This document shows positions 19,782 to 22,619 of a stretch of DNA of 22,619 nucleotides, in pieces; positions within the stretch are counted from its first letter, which is position 1, and the number at the start of each line of letters is the position of its first letter. The DNA is from Paraspadella gotoi (lineage: Eukaryota > Animalia > Chaetognatha), in assembly GCA_051294375.1 (NCBI GenBank), contig JBJCIZ010000122.1, positions 1-22,619 on the forward strand, in the 5' to 3' direction. The notes under the pieces were generated by a model. That model searched no databases, was not told the DNA's origin, and saw nothing but the letters and a program-made list of their open reading frames with translations. A program made the translations under genes and the position numbers.

Positions 19782-22256
19782 TCAGCTAGATAAGGGAGGA
19801 GTTGCGGTGGCAGAATCTTGTTGGCGAGGGCCTGGAGAAGATGGCGTTCTCGCAGCAGCTCCCGTGAGTGGAGTCATATTGAGGCGTTGATTTTGAGGCG
19901 GCCGGGTCGGGGTTCGTGCCGGGGAGTTGGCGACCACCTTAGCATACGTCGTTGGGTCCTGTCTTGGAGAAAAAGCTGTTATACCATGCACTACTGTATT
20001 ATGTGGACCAGTACACACGAGACAGCATTCTTTGTCCCAAGTACATTGCTTAGCAAGATGATTTTTGCCCAAACAACGAAAACATAATCCATTCTTTTTC
20101 ATGACATTGGCTTTACCTTCTTTTGACAGTTTCAGAAAAGATTTGCAAGCCTCAAGCATATGCCATTCATTGCAGTATTCACAAGCATGTTCCAACACAT
20201 CACTAATATGATTCAATGCAATATTGGTTTCATCAACTTTCACCTTGCGAGTATGTCGAGATCCAGATGGTGGAGATCCTTGGGTGACCTTTAGGGGCCT
20301 AACCTTCGTCACTGATCCCCCGCCGTTTACATTCTGGCGCGACTCATCGGCGTTGATGGCGGCGACGTCGACCGTAACCTTTTTCTTTTGCCTCGCATAG
20401 GCGCCTTTCTCGAAGAGAATCCTTTTCTTAAGGTAAGCAATAAAGTCATCAAATTTCAACTTTTTTCCGTGGTCGTATTGGTAGTCGGCGTCTTTTTTCG
20501 CGAAATCTGTCTTTAAAAAATCACATCTTGTTTCCAAAATCTCATTGATCACCGTATCTTTATCAAGGTCTGATCCTTTGCCATTCTTGTCAGCCATAGC
20601 TTTAACATTCTCAAGTTCCGTGGTCAGCTTGTCAAGTTCGGTCTTGTTGCCTGGTAAGATCTTTGGTTTGGATAGAATATCCTTCAGCAAGTCATGAACA
20701 GTAGCATTCTTCTTTCCAAATTCCTTCCAAAGAGTTTCTAAAGCTTCTTTGATAGCCTCAGTGTGACCAGATTCTTTCATAAGGAATTTCGACAATTTCA
20801 TTTGAGCTAAACCAGTAAACCAGTGGTTAAGTTCTTGTAACTTGACTTCGTCCGTAGCTTCGGCCTGACACATGGTTGTCTCATATGCACGCATGTGTAA
20901 CTCAAAAACAGGTCCAGCATTCTTATCTTCACCTGTAAATGGTTTCTTTGGCCTTCCTTGTTCAACATTTCGTAGCATGGAATCCTTTTTTGATTGCTTT
21001 ATCCAAGCAGCCATGATTGAATCGTCAAAACCTGATGTTGCTCGGGCTGGTGATGAAGTTGGAGCAGGAGCAAGTGTTGGAGTAGGAGCTGGAGAAGGAG
21101 CGGGTTTTGTAGTTGGTTTTGAGGTTGGAGGAGCCGGATCGAATGAAATACTGCGAGTAGAGGTCCCTCCAAAACTGACTCGGCGTTTCTTCTCTCTGTC
21201 TAGTTCCTTAGTAAGGGTTTCAATGGTTTTTTCAAGGTCGTGAATTCTGCTTTCCTGCTTCTTCAGTTCCACTCCATGATTGATGCAACAGTCTTCTAAT
21301 TGGGTCATGGTTTCAATTTGTCCAGGTCGAAATTCATTGAAGGCGTTTTCCATGCATTCCATTCGTCCATGAAGAGATTGGAAGGCTCTTCTCATTTCCA
21401 TTAATTCATTTCTCAGTTGGCCATTCTCTACAGACAAAGATTGCCGTTCCTTTTTGACAGTGCTCGTCCTTGCATTGGCACCAAAGAATGAGCGGGCCTC
21501 ATTGAAAGATTGAGTCTTCTTTTCAAGCTTCTCATTGATGAGCTTCATCTCTCTTTCTTTGACTTCATTCATGTGAGCCATTTCCTTTTCAATTTCTTGT
21601 TTTCTTTTTTCCATTTCACGTCCATACTGCTCTTCCTTCCTTTTCTTCTCAGCTTTGATGAGAGTCAACTCACGTTCTTCCTTGTTCAGGTTGCGAAATG
21701 TTTGATCATCCCAAGACAGGTCCAATTCTTGGAGGTCGTAGTCAGGTCCGGAATCCTCATCATCGTTAGCAGCAACATTCGTTCCATTCACAACAGCATC
21801 ATATGCCCTATCAATAAATCCCTCAAGATCATTGGAATCACCATTCACCTGCTTCACTGCCGTTTCCGGGTTTTCCGAAGTCGAATCATTATCGTCTTCT
21901 TCACTTTGCTCTTCATCCAATTCCTTTTGTGGTTCGTTGGCCTCATTCACGGGTGCGCGGGCGTTACCATCTCGACGTCGACGGATGGTAACGTGCCCCA
22001 TTTGAGTGCTTTCGTCAAGCATCCGGCGTTGTATCGAGCCTTGGGGGTAGGATATTTTTACCATCTTAATCTGAGAGATTTTCTCCATGACGAGTGGCTC
22101 CAATCCCTTGGCCATGGCGACTGCCTCCGGGGTGCCGAGTTCGTGATAACGCTCAATCAGATTGGTAAGAGCTTTGACGGCATCATGTATCCCCTCAGGA
22201 GTAAAATCGTCCATGTTGATCTTTCCGCGCTCCACGATAAGAGATTCAATCGACAT
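19782..22256 (-). CDS. gag: BEL/Pao Gag (824 aa), intact
   Basis: Coiled-coil N-terminal half, Pro-rich linker, capsid-like region, and triple knuckle CEYCNEWHMLEAC / CFRCLGKNHLAKQC / CLVCTGPHNTVVH. Confidence 0.95.
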   Translation of the reverse strand: MSIESLIVERGKINMDDFTPEGIHDAVKALTNLIERYHELGTPEAVAMAKGLEPLVMEKISQIKMVKISYPQGSIQRRMLDESTQMGHVTIRRRRDGNARAPVNEANEPQKELDEEQSEEDDNDSTSENPETAVKQVNGDSNDLEGFIDRAYDAVVNGTNVAANDDEDSGPDYDLQELDLSWDDQTFRNLNKEERELTLIKAEKKRKEEQYGREMEKRKQEIEKEMAHMNEVKEREMKLINEKLEKKTQSFNEARSFFGANARTSTVKKERQSLSVENGQLRNELMEMRRAFQSLHGRMECMENAFNEFRPGQIETMTQLEDCCINHGVELKKQESRIHDLEKTIETLTKELDREKKRRVSFGGTSTRSISFDPAPPTSKPTTKPAPSPAPTPTLAPAPTSSPARATSGFDDSIMAAWIKQSKKDSMLRNVEQGRPKKPFTGEDKNAGPVFELHMRAYETTMCQAEATDEVKLQELNHWFTGLAQMKLSKFLMKESGHTEAIKEALETLWKEFGKKNATVHDLLKDILSKPKILPGNKTELDKLTTELENVKAMADKNGKGSDLDKDTVINEILETRCDFLKTDFAKKDADYQYDHGKKLKFDDFIAYLKKRILFEKGAYARQKKKVTVDVAAINADESRQNVNGGGSVTKVRPLKVTQGSPPSGSRHTRKVKVDETNIALNHISDVLEHACEYCNEWHMLEACKSFLKLSKEGKANVMKKNGLCFRCLGKNHLAKQCTWDKECCLVCTGPHNTVVHGITAFSPRQDPTTYAKVVANSPARTPTRPPQNQRLNMTPLTGAAARTPSSPGPRQQDSATATPPLSS

Positions 22257-22384
22257 CGTATGAAATCAAGAAAAATAAAATTGGATGAGAGAAAGCAAAG
22301 GTAAGTTGGAATCAATCAATTCAAATAAAGTTGAGTTTAAATTTTAAATAAAAAGTTGCTTAAAGATTTTGGCAAATTCGTTGT

Positions 22385-22385
<1 letters not shown>

Positions 22386-22438
<53 letters not shown>
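22386..22438. repeat. (CAAT)n microsatellite, about 13 units, in the element 5' leader
   Basis: Read directly. Confidence 0.95.
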
Positions 22439-22439
<1 letters not shown>

Positions 22440-22568
22440 CTTTGATCCGATTTACCTTGGATTGATGTCGGTTCCGATCCAAAGGTTGTCAGTAACTAGT
22501 TTGGAAGACGGCAAAAAATCCAAATAAAATCAATCAAATGAACCAAACTTACCTGTTGATGCAATGGT

Positions 22569-22579
22569 TATTTTCTCAC
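22569..22579 (-). promoter_or_regulatory. Non-tRNA primer binding site candidate (GTGAGAAAATA)
   Basis: Directly follows the LTR-terminal CA, has no TGG, and is complementary to the LTR 11-mer at 11475-11485. Confidence 0.6.
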
Positions 22580-22619
22580 TGTAGAGAGACTTGGCTCTCC
22601 CGCGTCGCGAGGTAGGCGT
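22580..22619 (-). repeat. 5' LTR, U5 end (partial)
   Basis: Plus strand TGTAGAGAGACTTGGCTCTCC..., matching the 3' LTR end at 11223. Confidence 0.92.

Larger units (their letters stand above)
11223..22619 (-). mobile_element. BEL/Pao (Belpaoviridae) LTR retrotransposon, near full length; 5' LTR runs out of the window
   Basis: Two LTR copies, a PPT, gag with three Cys-His knuckles, and pol in the order PR-RT-RH-IN with Pao-type motifs. Confidence 0.97.

Noticed and set aside
21510-22304. 264-aa plus-strand ORF (and other antisense ORFs over gag/pol)
   Set aside because: Shadow frame of the Glu/Lys-rich gag, starting at a non-ATG codon; the hydrophobic composition is expected from the complement.

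Overview
Eukaryotic (animal-like) AT-rich genomic window made almost entirely of transposons. It holds the last two coding exons of a LIV-1-type ZIP (SLC39A) metal transporter (643-894 and 4666-4880, + strand) and a tRNA-derived SINE. A family of Penelope-like/retrozyme repeats carries minimal hammerhead ribozymes (6 whole or partial cores, one copy with an inverted terminal repeat). There is also a Helentron-associated non-autonomous element (6461-8927), a decayed Ty3/Gypsy gag-protease fragment, and a near full-length BEL/Pao LTR retrotransposon on the minus strand (11223 to window end). The BEL/Pao element is the most unusual item, for three reasons. (1) It has no tRNA-type primer binding site; the 11 nt abutting the 5' LTR are perfectly complementary to an 11-mer inside the LTR, which is the geometry of Tf1-type self-priming. 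(2) gag and pol are in frame and separated by one UGA in the strong readthrough context UGA-CUAG. (3) A ~4 kb post-pol region holds a non-env, apparently spliced accessory gene, part of which is also found inside the Helentron-type element. All comparisons were made by eye; no database search or folding program was run.
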